A DNA stretch of 64,000 nt from the human T2T-CHM13v2.0 reference genome, Homo sapiens. The notes beneath the pieces are model-generated. The model saw only the letters and a program-made list of their open reading frames with translations. It ran no database searches and was not told the origin of the DNA. Of this stretch, positions 58,184 to 64,000 are shown in pieces; positions within the stretch are counted from its first letter, which is position 1, and each line of letters opens with the position of its first letter. Both the position numbers and the translations under genes were made by a program. The DNA lies in the NCBI RefSeq assembly GCF_009914755.1, contig NC_060927.1. One strand, written 5' to 3'.

Positions 58184-60538
58184 TGGCTCAAGTTTTAAAA
58201 GCTGATTTAATAATTTTTTTTATGGAAGATCAGAATTCTCAAAATGGATCTAGAAGCTTTCTTCCTAATTAAAAAGACATTTAGAATTTCAGAATTGTAG
58301 CTTTTGAATATACATTTGTCTTGTGCTTTGTAAATATATATTTCCCATTTTTTAATCCTTTCAAGTGCTAATACCTTTTCGTAAATCCACCATTACAAAA
58401 ATTGCTCCTACCGATAAACATTAACAATTTCTAGTTTATGCGGCATATTCAAATATCTTATTTTTCTCCTCAGGATAAATTGATAACAATGAGGATTATT
58501 ATTATTATTACACCTAAGGAAACTAAGGCTCAAACAGTCTAATTTTATACACAAGTTGAGTATCTAAAATAAAGCTGGTCTGGGATTTAAATCTGTGTCA
58601 GCATGCTCTTGGACTATCAGATTATGATGCTGATAACTAACAACTTGAAGTTGCCCAAGGATCCAGGCTATGGCCAATTTTTTGGTGTACCTTTTTCTAC
58701 TTCAGTATAGAAAGGACATGTAGAAGCAGCTGAAGCTGGATGTCTTCACTGGAGGTGAATATGTGTCCCCATCAACTCAAAGAAAGAAGCCAACTCAGGG
58801 GGAAGAATAGATATAACTCTATTATATCTCAGTTCCTTTTTGTAAAGTCAGTTCAAGAGATATAAGAATTAATCTCTATATTATCTGAGCTGCTGGTTTG
58901 TAAACAATCGCTTTTGAAATCAAGTGGTATTTAAGGGAACACTAAAACAAAATGGAATGAAAAACCAACAGGATTTTAGGGCAAATGGTCTAATGTTTAA
59001 ATACGGACTAGGTGAACTATGGTTAAATACGAACTTAATTCTATTTAGGAAATTCTGCAGCTAAAGAGATGTGATCCTTGTCCACAAAAATTGTTATAAG
59101 TCCTCTGTATCATGTGACAGATCTCAAGCACCTCATTAACATTTAGTAACAGCATTACAAAAGCAGTTTGGTTAGATGGATAAAGTATACTCTATCCATG
59201 ATTTTTTGAGATTAAACATATATACAATCAGAAAGGCCAATTCTTCAGCTTAATAAAGTTACATCGGATATTATGAATATATCCAAGTTGATGTGTATTC
59301 GATAATTAAATGTATTAGATTAACCAGTTCCAACTCAATGTTCCGTATCTTTAAGGCAAATGAAATTTTATAGATCATTTAGTTTCATGAGAACTAAGCC
59401 TCAGATGATCACAGGAACTCCTTACTAGCACAGTATATGAAGAGTTTTAGACATTTTAATGGATGTAGATAATCAGTACTGAGAGATTAATTGATTTTTA
59501 GATATTTGTAGTACCTATTAGCACAGTCCCAAGGAAAGAAGCAGGACTAGGAAAATCTCCAGGAACCATGGGTAGCAGTGGGTTCTTTCTCAAAACAAAG
59601 GCTAGCTTTGCATGAGAAAGGGAAACTCACAAAACGTGGTAAAGAAAGCTAGTTAAGATAAGCCGCTTACACTGGAAGTTGCCCAGATCCAATGGTTCTG
59701 TCTGAGGAGACATAGCTGCTGTTTTCCATGTGCAGTAGGAAATGTTTTTGGCAGATCCTGAGTCCCTGCATGCGCTACCTGGTCCTGTGCACTGCTCCTC
59801 TCCCTTCCTGATGGCCTCTTAGTTGACCCCTCTATTCCCTGCCTGCCTGCACCAGGTACATGGCAGGAACTTGGGTGGCAGGAATTCACTTACCATGCTA
59901 TTTGCTATATCCTCTAGCTGATTTAGCTTGCTAGTCTTTTTTCATCCTCCTCTCGTTTGACTATCCTCTTCGTTATGGAGAATCAGACTGTTGTATAACA
60001 AATTCAGAGTGTCTTGGGGTTTCTTAGTTTTTACAATCATTTTTAGAGGAATTGGTGGGTGGTAACAGAATAAAAATTTCTTAAGATGAGAAGAAAATTG
60101 ATCAGGAATAGAATTTTTGTTTTTATTTATCCTAAGACAGTTGAAGTAACCTTTAGTCTGCTAGAAAGTTCTAGGTCAATAAGAAATGGGGTTGGTGAAA
60201 GGAAAATTAGTTTTAAATTAATCAGCAATGTAATTTTCTGGATAATGAAAGACTAGCTTCTTCTTCATTGTGTGAAAAAGAGTTCTGAGAGGAGATGGAA
60301 AGAATGCAGCTTGAGGAGATTTACTAAATTAACAGGGAGACCATAACAAGGACAAAGATGATCTTTTCTCATCCTATGACATTGTTGACAATAATGTGCC
60401 TTAAAGGCAGCAAAACTGCTAGTTTTGTCTCCTCCCCAGGTATGCTTCACATGTCAACGTTGACCCAGGGTACCCCACTCCCAGGGTATCTTGTTATCAA
60501 AGCTTCCCACCATAACAGTCCTCATGCCATGATCTTAC

Positions 60539-60748
60539 CAGTGACAGTGTCATTTAGTGGCTTTTCCCAGTCCAAGATGACAAATGAGGGGCACCCTTCC
60601 ACGGTGACCACAGTGAGGTTGGTGGGTGGGTTCTGTGGTGGGCTGGTGGCATTCCCCTCTGTGGCCTCCTCTTTGGGGAACCGTTTGACAGAGTCAGTAA
60701 TGGAGCAGGGACTGTTGTCAGGCTTTTGGATGTATCGCACATGAGGTC
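60539..60748 (-). CDS. ABI3BP: ABI3BP exon, start of FN3 domain
   Basis: ctctcgtag| acceptor, CTG|gtaaga donor; 210 nt; GPHVRYIQKPDNSPCSITDSVKRFPKEEATEGNATSPPQNPPTNLTVVTVEGCPSFVILDWEKPLNDTVT. Confidence 0.93.
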
Positions 60749-61099
60749 CTACGAGAGAGAGGACCCTTGACATTTAACATTTTTGAAACTCATGAAGAAG
60801 ATAGAAGTGAGCTCATAAATATAATTTGAGGACATTTGGTCTCATATTATAAGCGGATGGTTGAAAGCCATGATGTGGATGGTTCAAACTAGGAAAATTC
60901 AAAATCTTGCCTCTGAGATACGTGATATAGGGTGGTGTTGATTTACTTACTGAATAAGTTTAGCTTATGCTAATATCCGAAAGTAATTTGATCCCCCTAA
61001 GCATAGTTTAAACTTCATACTTTATGGGGCACTGGGTCTTACCCTCAGTGGTAGGGAATAATTAGCTCTATACTAAACACAGTTCTGGTCCCACTCAAT

Positions 61100-63880
<2,781 letters not shown>

Positions 63881-63909
63881 GGCTCTATGTCATATTGTAT
63901 CTCTCCTAC

Positions 63910-64000
63910 TGTGGTAGATTGTTGTTCAAAACTATTCTTTATGTCCACAGGAGAAGTATTCTTCCCCAATCCTTGATTTGATCTTGGCTGTGTGACATTT
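63910..64000. mobile_element. Start of an MLT1-type LTR
   Basis: tgtggtagattg...cccaatccttgatttgatcttggctgtgtgac; truncated by the window edge. Confidence 0.45.

Noticed and set aside
60358-60744. 128-aa + strand ORF
   Set aside because: Antisense shadow of the 210-nt ABI3BP exon, with no independent support.

Overview
Primate (human-like) genomic DNA that I recognise as the TFG / ABI3BP locus (3q12.2 in human). The + strand carries all seven coding exons of TFG (3441-38280). They splice at GT-AG sites into a 1203-nt, 400-aa ORF (PB1 domain, coiled coil, P/Q-rich tail); the promoter and exon 1 lie upstream of the window. The - strand carries the last seven coding exons and 3' UTR of ABI3BP (TARSH). 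The two genes converge, with poly(A) signals about 220 nt apart. Introns are filled with Alu, L1, L2, MIR, LTR and DNA-transposon fossils; subfamily names are from memory and approximate. I see no new gene system, CRISPR array or RNA gene. The best leads concern splicing of the TFG C-terminus: two stop-containing candidate cassette exons in intron 7, a +4 acceptor into a long hydrophobic alternative frame, and a CFTR-like (TG)9T4 acceptor on in-frame exon 7. Other leads are the all-phase-1 exon architecture and several local duplication or deletion scars.
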